Positions 32,918-44,562 of a stretch of DNA of 64,000 bases are shown piece after piece. The stretch comes from an uncultured Acidobacteriota bacterium (lineage in GTDB: Bacteria; Acidobacteriota; Blastocatellia; RBC074), in assembly GCA_963796275.1 (NCBI GenBank), contig CAWCKY010000004.1, positions 1,280,001 to 1,344,000 on the forward strand, read 5' to 3'. Numbering within the stretch: position 1 is the stretch's first letter; each line of letters starts with the position of its first letter. The notes beneath the pieces are model-generated. The model did not search any database. It had not been told where the DNA came from and saw nothing but the letters and a program-made list of their open reading frames with translations. The position numbers were made by a program, and so were the translations under genes.

Positions 32918-33793
32918 CTAAAGCTGGGCATCCGCAGATTTTTGAGCCAATAACAACTCGGTTAATCGCACGACCGCGACCATTTCAGCGACATCATGAA
33001 CGCGTACGATACGAGCACCGCGCATTACGGCTAGCGCGACGAAGAGTGCGGTGCCCGTCAACTTCTCCCCCTCGTCGTTACGATTCCCAGCGCCCAGTAA
33101 ACGGTCAAGCGTTCGTTTAATAAAAGATTTGCGCGAGGGACCGAGCAATACCGGCATTTCAAACTCAGCGACTATGCGGTCGAGTCCGCCGATCAATTGC
33201 AGATTCTGCTCGGGCGTTTTGCCGAAACCTATGCCGGGATCGATGATAATCTTTTCACGCTTCACCCCTCGGCATTTCGCTTCATCGATCGATCTTTGCA
33301 GCCCACCGATCGTCTCAGAAAAGATATCATCGACCGGTGGCAATTTTTGCATAGTTTCGGGCGTTCCGCGTGAGTGCATGAGGACTAACGCCGCGCCGGA
33401 CTCGGCGGCAACATCAGCGATCATCGGATCGAATCGTAGACCGCTGATATCATTGATGATCTCCGCGCCAAGTTCAATCGCTTTACGCGCCACCAGGTTT
33501 TTTGTCGTATCGATTGAGATAGGGATGCGAATATCACCCTGAAGCTTCTCAAGGACCGGCAAGATGCGTCTCAACTCATCGTCGATGCTGACGCCCATCG
33601 ATCCTGGCCTCGTCGATTCCCCGCCGATATCGAGGATCTGAGCTCCTGCGGCCTCGATCTCGAGCGCTCTTTCTACTGCTCGTTCCGGCTCGCAATATTC
33701 CCCGCCATCTGAAAAAGAATCGGGGGTGACGTTGAGCACGCCCATCACTTGAACGCGGGAATTGAGGTCAAGGGTCGATCGAATGAGTTTCAT
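32918..33793 (-). CDS. folP: Dihydropteroate synthase
   Basis: MGVLNVTPDSFSDGG, DIGGESTRPG, IDPGIGFGK, SRKSF, RVHDV. Confidence 0.97.
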   Translation of the reverse strand: MKLIRSTLDLNSRVQVMGVLNVTPDSFSDGGEYCEPERAVERALEIEAAGAQILDIGGESTRPGSMGVSIDDELRRILPVLEKLQGDIRIPISIDTTKNLVARKAIELGAEIINDISGLRFDPMIADVAAESGAALVLMHSRGTPETMQKLPPVDDIFSETIGGLQRSIDEAKCRGVKREKIIIDPGIGFGKTPEQNLQLIGGLDRIVAEFEMPVLLGPSRKSFIKRTLDRLLGAGNRNDEGEKLTGTALFVALAVMRGARIVRVHDVAEMVAVVRLTELLLAQKSADAQL

Positions 33794-33975
33794 GAAATGG
33801 AAACAAAATGAAGTGAGCTGCCAAAAAGGCAAAAATGATTGCCGGCGTCACATTTTTCACTGTATGAATGGAGCTAACATCAACAGACGATACCGGAAGA
33901 CATGCGATGTTGCTGGCGAATTCGATGCACGGGTCGCTATGCTCCCAGTACTGCACGAATGTTCATTTTTTCGAT

Positions 33976-34785
33976 TTAGCTTTGAGTATCCCGCGAACCT
34001 CGTCTGAGTTCAAGAACAACCTCTTTCCCGACCTGCGCGCCGGCGAACTGCGCCGCCGAGCCGCACCACACGGCGATCTCCCAGTAGCCGGCACTCCCGA
34101 GATAAGCGAATAGTTCTTGCGTGCCAGCCGATGCGGCGAAGTGCCGGTAAAATCTGTTTATCTGGCGATCGGCGAAACCCATCTTGATCTCGGACTGATT
34201 GACTAGATCGAGCGGCAAATCTTCAGCCGTAATATTCGTGACGCAATTTCCGAAACGATCTATATGAATTACGCACCCTTCAATCTTTCCCTGGGTAACC
34301 ATGGGTTTCGGGATTTCCAGCTTGATATAATCCGCGATCTCGTTGCCGAGAGCGTCGGGCGAGAGACCGCACGAGAGCCAGGCTGCGACCGGTGCGAAAA
34401 TATCGCGTCCGTGAAAAGTCGGGCTCACACCTCGGCGATAGAACTGTTCGCTGGTGATATGAATGACTCTGACTATGGATTCGCGCGCATAGATGTAGCT
34501 GAAAACCCCGTTATCCGGGCCCACGAAGAGATGGGCGCCGGTCTCAACGACTATCGCTCGCCTCTCCGAACCGACACCGGGATCTACCACGGCGAGGTGA
34601 ATCGTGTCCCGCGGAAAATCGTTATAACAGGCGGATAGTATGAATGCGGCTGAAGCGATATCGTGCGGGGGTATCTCGTGCGTGATGTCTGCGATCCGGA
34701 CCCCCGGATTGATTGTGTAGATGACACCTTTTACGGCCGGAACGAAATAATCGAGATTGCCGAAATCGGTCAGCAGAGTAATCAT
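33976..34785 (-). CDS. SAM hydroxide adenosyltransferase / chlorinase-fluorinase family (DUF62)
   Basis: ITLLTDFG, VVDPGVGS, GPDNG, TFHGRDIFAP, IDRFGN. Confidence 0.93.
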   Translation of the reverse strand: MITLLTDFGNLDYFVPAVKGVIYTINPGVRIADITHEIPPHDIASAAFILSACYNDFPRDTIHLAVVDPGVGSERRAIVVETGAHLFVGPDNGVFSYIYARESIVRVIHITSEQFYRRGVSPTFHGRDIFAPVAAWLSCGLSPDALGNEIADYIKLEIPKPMVTQGKIEGCVIHIDRFGNCVTNITAEDLPLDLVNQSEIKMGFADRQINRFYRHFAASAGTQELFAYLGSAGYWEIAVWCGSAAQFAGAQVGKEVVLELRRGSRDTQS

Positions 34786-34787
34786 TT

Positions 34788-34955
34788 GATCGCGGATTGC
34801 GAATCATTCGGACATCCACCACAAAAATCACATAATAAAGACAAAAGGCACGAAGAGTAAGGAAAGAGAAGAATTCCCTTCTCTCAATACTCTTGTGCCT
34901 TTCGCCTCTCTTTTCTGTGACCTTTGTGGCGAACGATCCGCATTCTGCATTCCGT
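34788..34955. repeat. Nested hairpin: heptamer arms (GCGGATT / ATCCGCA) enclosing A-rich/T-rich ~9-mer inverted arms
   Basis: CCACAAAAATCACA...AAAGGCACGAAGAG / CTCTTGTGCCTTT...TGTGACCTTTGTGG. Confidence 0.6.
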
Positions 34956-34957
34956 TT

Positions 34958-35983
34958 CTATCTGGCCGGAGCCGCAGTACGAATCAGGATTTCGGTTCCG
35001 GGTTCGAGCGTCAACTCTTTGCCGCCATCGACCAGGACCGAGCCTGCGCCCACGCCTGCGCCGAGAACGGCGCCAATCGCAGCACCCTTACCGCCTCCGG
35101 CGATGCCTCCGATGATAGCGCCGAGAGCGCCCGCGCCGACGCTGCGCACTGCCGTGTCTTTCGTGCGGCTGCCGGTCTGAACGTTACCTTCCTCGTCAAC
35201 TGTCTTGACGTTCTCGCTCTGATAGACCCGCTCTACCTGTGCCGCCATTCTGCCCGTGCGGCCGTCACGGACCTGGAGCGAATCGAATGCCAACGCCATT
35301 TCGGTCTTTCCCGTCGCCTTACCAGATTTAGTCAGCTTGGAAATATGACCTTCAACGACCGCATCGACATAATCGCTGGGATCGAGCACGACGGCGGTGA
35401 AGCGGTCGCCTTCTTTGTTAGTTCGAGTGTCCAGCTGCGTGGTGAGCCGGATCTTCATCTGAACTCCATCTGGCACCCTGAACGAGTAGCGGGTAGGCGG
35501 CGTATTATCTTCGCGACTAGCCTCACGACTATCATCGCTCGCGGAGCGCGCCGGTTCGGCGGCTACATCACCACCACCTTGGGAGGCATTGACTGCGGCG
35601 ATCACAGTTTTACCGAGATTGGTAGGCATTGTGATCGAAAAAGGACGCCCGAGATAACCATCGCCGTACCCCATTTCGAAGCCGATGCGATATGCCTCCT
35701 GAAACTCGAGCCGTGTTCCCAAACTCTCAGAGTAACCCCGATCCGCAGTTCTGTATGATTCACTATTGCCGTAATCCCGCGCTCCATTTTCATTGAAGTC
35801 GCCTTTGCCCTTTACAAACCCGTCTTCGTAGCCGGAACGGTATCCGTGCTGATACGCGTGACGATACGATGATGGGCTGTTGGTTACCACCTTCGGGCGC
35901 GTTTGTTGCGCAAACGTGCCGGATGGCAAGCCTGATAGGCAAAAAAACAATGTAACCAACAATGCTGCTCTGCTAAAATCCAT
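34958..35983 (-). CDS. Exported hypothetical protein with YxxGYxxG repeats and glycine-zipper/VirB10-like C-terminal domain
   Basis: AGGAGG RBS, signal peptide, GAGALGAIIGGIAGGGKGAAIGA. Confidence 0.8.
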   Translation of the reverse strand: MDFSRAALLVTLFFCLSGLPSGTFAQQTRPKVVTNSPSSYRHAYQHGYRSGYEDGFVKGKGDFNENGARDYGNSESYRTADRGYSESLGTRLEFQEAYRIGFEMGYGDGYLGRPFSITMPTNLGKTVIAAVNASQGGGDVAAEPARSASDDSREASREDNTPPTRYSFRVPDGVQMKIRLTTQLDTRTNKEGDRFTAVVLDPSDYVDAVVEGHISKLTKSGKATGKTEMALAFDSLQVRDGRTGRMAAQVERVYQSENVKTVDEEGNVQTGSRTKDTAVRSVGAGALGAIIGGIAGGGKGAAIGAVLGAGVGAGSVLVDGGKELTLEPGTEILIRTAAPAR

Positions 35984-36127
35984 AAACTGCCTCCTTTTTC
36001 TACTCCAAAAGGGTCTTTGTTCTACAAATAACAAATACTCTAACTACCCAAGAAAGAGTAAGGGGTAATAACTTTCTACCCCAACGCAACACTAAACACA
36101 AGCCGCTGGTTGTTGTATGCTGGTTAT

Positions 36128-37318
36128 ATGACACTAAGAAAAATCTATCTGGATAATAGCGCGACGACGCGTACCGACGATGAGGTAATGAGGACGATGC
36201 TGCCTTATTTCACTGAAGTTTTCGGCAATGCATCGAGCACGCATCAGTGGGGCCAGCACGCGAGACAGGCAGTAGAAGACGCCCGGCAACAGGTGGCTGC
36301 ACTTTTGAATGCCGCCCCGGCTGAGATCACCTTCCTCTCCGGAGGGACAGAAGCCGACAATCTGGCGATCAAAGGCATCGCAGAAGCGCAGAAAGATAGG
36401 GGCCGTCATATTATCACTTCGCAAATCGAACATCCGGCAGTTCTGGCCACATGCGCTCATCTGGAGAGGGAAGGATGGCGTGTCACATATTTACCGGTCT
36501 ACCGTGACGGCATCGTGCGCCTTGACGATGTGCGTTCGGCGCTGAGCGATGAAACCGTATTGATCACAGTCATGCATGTGAATAACGAGATCGGCACCAT
36601 ACAGCCGGTCAAAGAGATAGGGGTTCTCGTCAAGGAGCGTCGAGCGGCTGGGCAGAAGCATCTTTTTCTGCATACGGACGCTGTGCAATCGGTGGGCAAG
36701 ATACCGGTGGACGTCAAAGCTCTGGGCGTTGATCTGCTGGCATTATCAGGGCATAAGATTCATGGGCCGAAAGGTATCGGAGTTCTCTATCTACGCCGCG
36801 GCGTACGCATCGCATCTCAGATGCATGGAGGGCACCACGAACGCGACCGGCGGGCAGGGACCGAGAGCGTTTCAATGATCGCCGGGATGGGCAAAGCCGC
36901 GGAGCTCTCACGACTGCATCTTATTGAACGGATGGAACATACGCGACACTTGCGCGATTATCTGGAAGAAGAGCTATTCAAGCGGATTCCGGATATAACG
37001 CGCAATGGTGACAGCGAAAGGCGCGTCCCGAATATAGCAAATATCAATTTCGATTACGTCGAGGGTGAGGGGCTGCAGATTTCCCTCGATTTGAAGGGTG
37101 TGGCAGTCTCAACCGGCTCAGCGTGTTCATCCGGTTCTACCGAGCCGTCGCACGTACTCGTTGCGATCGGTTTATCGCAGGATACCGGCCACGGCTCATT
37201 ACGCTTCAGTTTCAGTAAAGACAATACGATGGCGGAAGTTGATTATGTGATTGAGACGCTTCCGGCAGTCGTCGCGAAGCTGCGCAAGCTGTCTCCGATG
37301 GCTAAACTTAATAATTGA
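36128..37318 (+). CDS. iscS: Cysteine desulfurase (IscS/NifS type)
   Basis: YLDNSATT, SGHKIHGPKG, STGSACSSG. Confidence 0.95.
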   Translation: MTLRKIYLDNSATTRTDDEVMRTMLPYFTEVFGNASSTHQWGQHARQAVEDARQQVAALLNAAPAEITFLSGGTEADNLAIKGIAEAQKDRGRHIITSQIEHPAVLATCAHLEREGWRVTYLPVYRDGIVRLDDVRSALSDETVLITVMHVNNEIGTIQPVKEIGVLVKERRAAGQKHLFLHTDAVQSVGKIPVDVKALGVDLLALSGHKIHGPKGIGVLYLRRGVRIASQMHGGHHERDRRAGTESVSMIAGMGKAAELSRLHLIERMEHTRHLRDYLEEELFKRIPDITRNGDSERRVPNIANINFDYVEGEGLQISLDLKGVAVSTGSACSSGSTEPSHVLVAIGLSQDTGHGSLRFSFSKDNTMAEVDYVIETLPAVVAKLRKLSPMAKLNN

Positions 37319-37443
37319 TAGTTGATAATTGATAATTGATAATTGATAATTCGTATAATTGTTGCAACAGTATTTACGAATTATCGACTATAACTATCAA
37401 ATATAACTATCAAATATAAATCAACTATCAACTATCAACTATC
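37312..37443. repeat. Inverted heptamer repeats (GATAATT)n/(AACTATC)n with palindromic core, between iscS and iscU
   Basis: Core TTCGTATAATTGTTGCAACAGTATTTACGAA at 37350-37380. Confidence 0.9.
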
Positions 37444-37445
37444 CG

Positions 37446-37805
37446 ATGTATAGCGAGAAAGTTTTGGAGCATCTGGAAAATCCGCGAAATGTGGGAGAGA
37501 TGGCCGATGCGTCGGGGCGTGGGGAGGCGACCAATCCTGTTTGTGGCGATCTGTTGAGTCTCTACCTCAGGGTGACGGATGGTAAGATTACGGCCGCGAG
37601 TTTCCAGGTCAAGGGTTGTCCGCCGAGCATTGCAGCCGGTTCCGTGTTGACCGAATTGATCACGAATTTGTCAATGGTGGATGCGGGACGGCTGACGCCG
37701 CAGGATATCACTATTGCACTTGCGGGGTTGCCGCGCAATAAAGAGCATTGTTCTGTGCTTGCGATCGATGCGTTGCGTGCAGCGATTGCCGCATGCTCTC
37801 GCTGA
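37446..37805 (+). CDS. iscU: Fe-S cluster scaffold protein (IscU/NifU-N)
   Basis: MYSEKVLEH..NPRNVG, CGD, GC, HC conserved cysteines. Confidence 0.93.
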   Translation: MYSEKVLEHLENPRNVGEMADASGRGEATNPVCGDLLSLYLRVTDGKITAASFQVKGCPPSIAAGSVLTELITNLSMVDAGRLTPQDITIALAGLPRNKEHCSVLAIDALRAAIAACSR

Positions 37806-37922
37806 AAGGCGGCAATACGTGATATAAATTGGGGGCCCGAAGAATTTCGTGAGCTCTTTGACGATGTCATAAGCGAATTTGAATGTGACGTTTTATGGCA
37901 TTGTCTCAATATTTGTATCGAA

Positions 37923-39269
37923 ATGATAAATATTCAAAGCATAGAAGCGGCTCCTTACCTCGCTTCATCCCTTGATCAGGTCCTCAACCGAATGTGCGAG
38001 GTGTTTGACGAAGACTGCGTCCAGCTTCGCACGGGCAATCACTTCCGGGTTATCGATGAAGATTATCGGATAGTCGCCTTTCCGGGGACCGTCGAAGAGT
38101 TGAGCGAGATATTGAAACTCGCGTTGAGCGAGCGCTGGCGCGTCATCCCGGCAGGCGCCGGCACCTGGCTTGAAATGGGCAACCGGCCGCCCGAGTTTCA
38201 TCTGATAGTATCGACCGAAAAATTGAATCGCGTTCTCGAATATGAGCCGGCGGATTTGACCGCGACTGTCGAAGCCGGATGCACTCTCAGATCATTCAAC
38301 CAACTCGCTTCGGCTCACGGTCAATTTATTCCGCTCGATCCTTTCGGCGCTTACAACTCTACGATTGGGGGGGTCGTCTCATCGGCGAGCAGCGGCCCGA
38401 TGCGCTGCGCTTATGGCACCCCGCGTGACTGGTTGATCGGCATTCGCGTCGTCAACGCCGAGGGGACCATCTCGAATGCAGGAGGGAAGGTCGTCAAAAA
38501 CGTGGCGGGCTATGATTTGTGTAAGCTCTATTCCGGGAGTTTCGGCACTCTCGCCATCATCGCCGAGATGAGTTTCAAGTTGCGCGCATTGCCTCCGGAC
38601 GAAAAAACCCTGTTATTTTATGCGAGCGAGCCGGATGCTCTGTCGTCCCTCGTCGGACGAATTATCGATTCGGACATTCAACCGACCGCCTGTGAAATGC
38701 TCTCTCCGAGCGATCTATCATTGCCGATTGAAACCGGCAAATACGCGCTCGCCCTTCGGTTCCTAAGCGAACCCGAAGCCATTGATTGGCAAATAACCAG
38801 TGCGTTGCATCTCGGTGATGGGCTGGACGCCACGGTGATGAGCGTCGAAGACGCGCAAAGTTTTTGGCGGTCGTACCAGGAAAGCGAAGTTCTGGATCGA
38901 TGGGCTTATAGTCTGCGGTTGAGCGCCCTGCCTTCGGACCTGAATCGCATAATCGCCGATCTCGATCGCGTTCTGCCCACGGCGCACTGGCGGGCACACG
39001 CGGCCAACGGTGTGGTAAGGGTGCACGCCGATGCTGGATGGCTGGATGAAATCAATAGGCTCGAGCGATACCGGAAACCGGCTGAGTTGAGAAAGTTGTT
39101 GGAGTCGCGTGGCGGGCAGCTGGTGATACAGCGCGCGACTGATGAGATGAAGACGCAACTCGATGTCTGGGGCGATGTCGGATCGACCGCCAGCTTAATG
39201 CTCGCGATCAAAGAGAAATTCGATCCGCAGAAGCTACTCAATATGGGAAGATTTGTGGCCGGGATTTGA
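37923..39269 (+). CDS. glcE: FAD-binding oxidoreductase, glycolate oxidase GlcE-like
   Basis: YEPADLTATVEAG, GGKVVKNVAGYDLCKL, KFDP; directly upstream of glcF. Confidence 0.88.
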   Translation: MINIQSIEAAPYLASSLDQVLNRMCEVFDEDCVQLRTGNHFRVIDEDYRIVAFPGTVEELSEILKLALSERWRVIPAGAGTWLEMGNRPPEFHLIVSTEKLNRVLEYEPADLTATVEAGCTLRSFNQLASAHGQFIPLDPFGAYNSTIGGVVSSASSGPMRCAYGTPRDWLIGIRVVNAEGTISNAGGKVVKNVAGYDLCKLYSGSFGTLAIIAEMSFKLRALPPDEKTLLFYASEPDALSSLVGRIIDSDIQPTACEMLSPSDLSLPIETGKYALALRFLSEPEAIDWQITSALHLGDGLDATVMSVEDAQSFWRSYQESEVLDRWAYSLRLSALPSDLNRIIADLDRVLPTAHWRAHAANGVVRVHADAGWLDEINRLERYRKPAELRKLLESRGGQLVIQRATDEMKTQLDVWGDVGSTASLMLAIKEKFDPQKLLNMGRFVAGI

Positions 39270-39346
39270 TGTAGGTTTACCATTGATTGATTACATAACG
39301 TAGGGCCCGAGCATAAATCCAGAGAACAGAACCCGAGAACAGAAAA

Positions 39347-40738
39347 ATGATGGAATCAACCACATCACTTCACACCGCGCTCAACACCGAGATGGATAAA
39401 TTGCTCGGATGCATTCATTGCGGCCTCTGTCTCCCGGCCTGTCCGACCTATCAGCAGGTCGGAAATGAAAATGACAGCCCGCGCGGTCGCATCTATCTGA
39501 TGCGCGCGGTCGCCGAAGGGCGGCTCGACGTCGATTCCACAACCTTCTCGCGGCATATAGATCTGTGTCTCGGCTGCCGCGCGTGTGAAACGGCGTGTCC
39601 TGCCGGGGTGAGATACGGTTTTTTGCTTGAGGCCGCGCGCGCGACGATCCTGGAGCAAAATGATAAGACGAAGACGGGCGGTATTCAGAAGACGATCCTC
39701 CGCTTCGCCCTGCGCCATATCTTTCCGTACCCGCAGCGACTGAGTAAGGTCTTCGCCTTCTCCAGGTGGCTGCGCAGAAGCTTCCTCGTCAAGATCGCAT
39801 TCGAAAAGGGCCTGGTGCGAAAATTCTCATCTAAAGCCGATTTCGCCTTGTCGCTGTTGATGACGACGAAGCCGGCCGGTAGTCCTGCGACCGGAAACGA
39901 AAAATTGATCCCGGGCGAACAGAGCAATCGGGGCAATCGGGGCAGTGAGAGCAGTGGTGGTAAGGGACGTTTGGCCGTTGTCTTCACCGGTTGCGTCATG
40001 GAGGGTTTGTTCAAGCATACGAATGATGCGACGAAACGCGTCCTGGCCATCAACGGATGCTCGCTCGCCGAAGTGCCCAAGCAGGCCTGTTGCGGCGCAC
40101 TGCACGCACACGCGGGCGAGATGGAGACCGCGCGCCAACTCGCGCGCCGCAATATAGACGCGTTCGATCGCTTCCTACGCCAGGAAGTGAGAGGGCAGAA
40201 ACCGCCGACGATCATCATCAATGCCGCAGGTTGCGGCGCCTTGCTCAAGGAGTACGGTGAACTACTGCGGGACGACCCGATTTACGCAGAACGTGCGCAC
40301 GCCTTCAGCGCGCGTGTTAAAGACGTCACGGAATTTCTCGCCGAAGACAGAGTTGAGAGCGGCGCAGCGCTCAATATGCGCGTCACCCTGGATGCGCCAT
40401 GCCACCTCTATCACGCACAACGCGTGATGACCGCACCACAAAAGCTGCTCGCCTCTATCGCCGGCATCGAATACGTTCAACTGGAAGGAATGCAAGACTG
40501 CTGCGGTGGCGCCGGCATTTACAATATGAGCGAGCCCGAAATGTCGGAAAAACTTTTATCGGATAAGATAGGCAAGGTGATGGCGACCGGCGCCGGCGTA
40601 TTGGTTACAGCCAATCCCGGATGTCATATGCAATTAGGTGCAGGAATAAGGATGTTCAAGGCCGAATGCCGGGTTGCGCATATCGTTGAGTTGCTCGATG
40701 AGACTTATCGAAGGGCCGGGTTTTATCAGAAATCCTGA
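39347..40738 (+). CDS. glcF: Glycolate oxidase Fe-S subunit GlcF-like
   Basis: CIHCGLCLPACP, CLGCRACETACP, two CCG domains. Confidence 0.9.
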   Translation: MMESTTSLHTALNTEMDKLLGCIHCGLCLPACPTYQQVGNENDSPRGRIYLMRAVAEGRLDVDSTTFSRHIDLCLGCRACETACPAGVRYGFLLEAARATILEQNDKTKTGGIQKTILRFALRHIFPYPQRLSKVFAFSRWLRRSFLVKIAFEKGLVRKFSSKADFALSLLMTTKPAGSPATGNEKLIPGEQSNRGNRGSESSGGKGRLAVVFTGCVMEGLFKHTNDATKRVLAINGCSLAEVPKQACCGALHAHAGEMETARQLARRNIDAFDRFLRQEVRGQKPPTIIINAAGCGALLKEYGELLRDDPIYAERAHAFSARVKDVTEFLAEDRVESGAALNMRVTLDAPCHLYHAQRVMTAPQKLLASIAGIEYVQLEGMQDCCGGAGIYNMSEPEMSEKLLSDKIGKVMATGAGVLVTANPGCHMQLGAGIRMFKAECRVAHIVELLDETYRRAGFYQKS

Positions 40739-40756
40739 GCTTTTCCGTAATCTTGG

Positions 40757-40800
40757 TAGAAGAGAGAATACGAGTTTCGTTGTTCGTATCCTCTCTCCTA
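40757..40800. terminator. Hairpin between convergent glcF and aceE
   Basis: AGAGAGAATACGA-loop-TCGTATCCTCTCT imperfect inverted repeat. Confidence 0.45.
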
Positions 40801-40815
40801 TATCGGCCAATTGCC

Positions 40816-43539
<2,724 letters not shown>

Positions 43540-43762
43540 TGTCCTTGTTGGGTTAAGGGCGTGTCACGCCGGTTAAATTCATTTTAAAAATGATTTTTCG
43601 AATAGATCTACTATAACGTAAACATTGTTAGTAGTCGAAGCAGGGCGTCGAGATGGGGCGGATTATCGAAGTCTCATCAAGTTGCATCCAGATTCTATAA
43701 TACATATTAACAGAAATATTGTGACAGTGCGTCCAGCTTTTAAGAGTTAACTCACGCTTATT

Positions 43763-44543
43763 CTGCTTGGAGTTCCGCCTTCAGGCGGTCAGGAATTATG
43801 CGAAGGAAAAGACCGCGTAAACGCGGAACTCCAAACGCGATCTGCATATTTTAGTTCCGTCTGTAGTGGTCGGTGTTTTCTGCTTGGAGTTCCGCCTTCA
43901 GGCGGTCAGGAATTATGCGAAGGAAAAGACCGCGTAAACGCGGAACTCCAAACGCGATCTGCATATTTTAGTTCCGTCTGTAGTGGTCGGTGTTTTCTGC
44001 TTGGAGTTCCGCCTTCAGGCGGTCAGGAATTATGCGAAAGGAAAAGACCGCGTAAACGCGGAACTCCAAACGCGATCTGCATATTTTAGTTCCGTCTGTA
44101 GTGGTCGGTGTTTTCTCGCTTGGAGTTCCGCCTTCAGGCGGTCAGGAATTATGCGAAAGGAAAAGACCGCGTAAACGCGGAACTCCAAACGCGATCTGCA
44201 TATTTTAGTTCCGTCTGTAGTGGTCGGTGTTTTCTCGCTTGGAGTTCCGCCTTCAGGCGGTCAGGAATTATGCGAAAGGAAAAGACCGCGTAAACGCGGA
44301 ACTCCAAACGCGATCTGCATATTTTAGTTCCGTCTGTAGTGGTCGGTGTTTTCTCGCTTGGAGTTCCGCCTTCAGGCGGTCAGGAATTATGCGAAAGGAA
44401 AAGACCGCGTAAACGCGGAACTCCAAACGCGATCTGCATATTTTAGTTCCGTCTGTAGTGGTCGGTGTTTTCTCGCTTGGAGTTCCGCCTTCAGGCGGTC
44501 AGGAATTATGCGAAAGGAAAAGACCGCGTAAACGCGGAACTCC
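43763..44543. repeat. Tandem array of 7 REP-doublet hairpins, 117-119-bp period
   Basis: GGAGTTCCGCCTTCAGGCGG starts at 43769, 43886, 44003, 44122, 44241, 44360 and 44479, each paired with CCGCGTAAACGCGGAACTCC. The six linkers are near-identical. Confidence 0.95.
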
Positions 44544-44562
44544 GAGTGACTACAGGCGATAA

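Noticed and set aside
37346-37385. loxP-like site (ATAATTCGTATA...TACGAATTAT)
   Set aside because: Arms only partly match loxP, the spacer is longer than 8 bp, and no tyrosine recombinase is nearby; treated as resemblance only
43763-44543. CRISPR array
   Set aside because: Linkers are near-identical rather than unique spacers, the period is about 119 bp, and no cas genes are in the window
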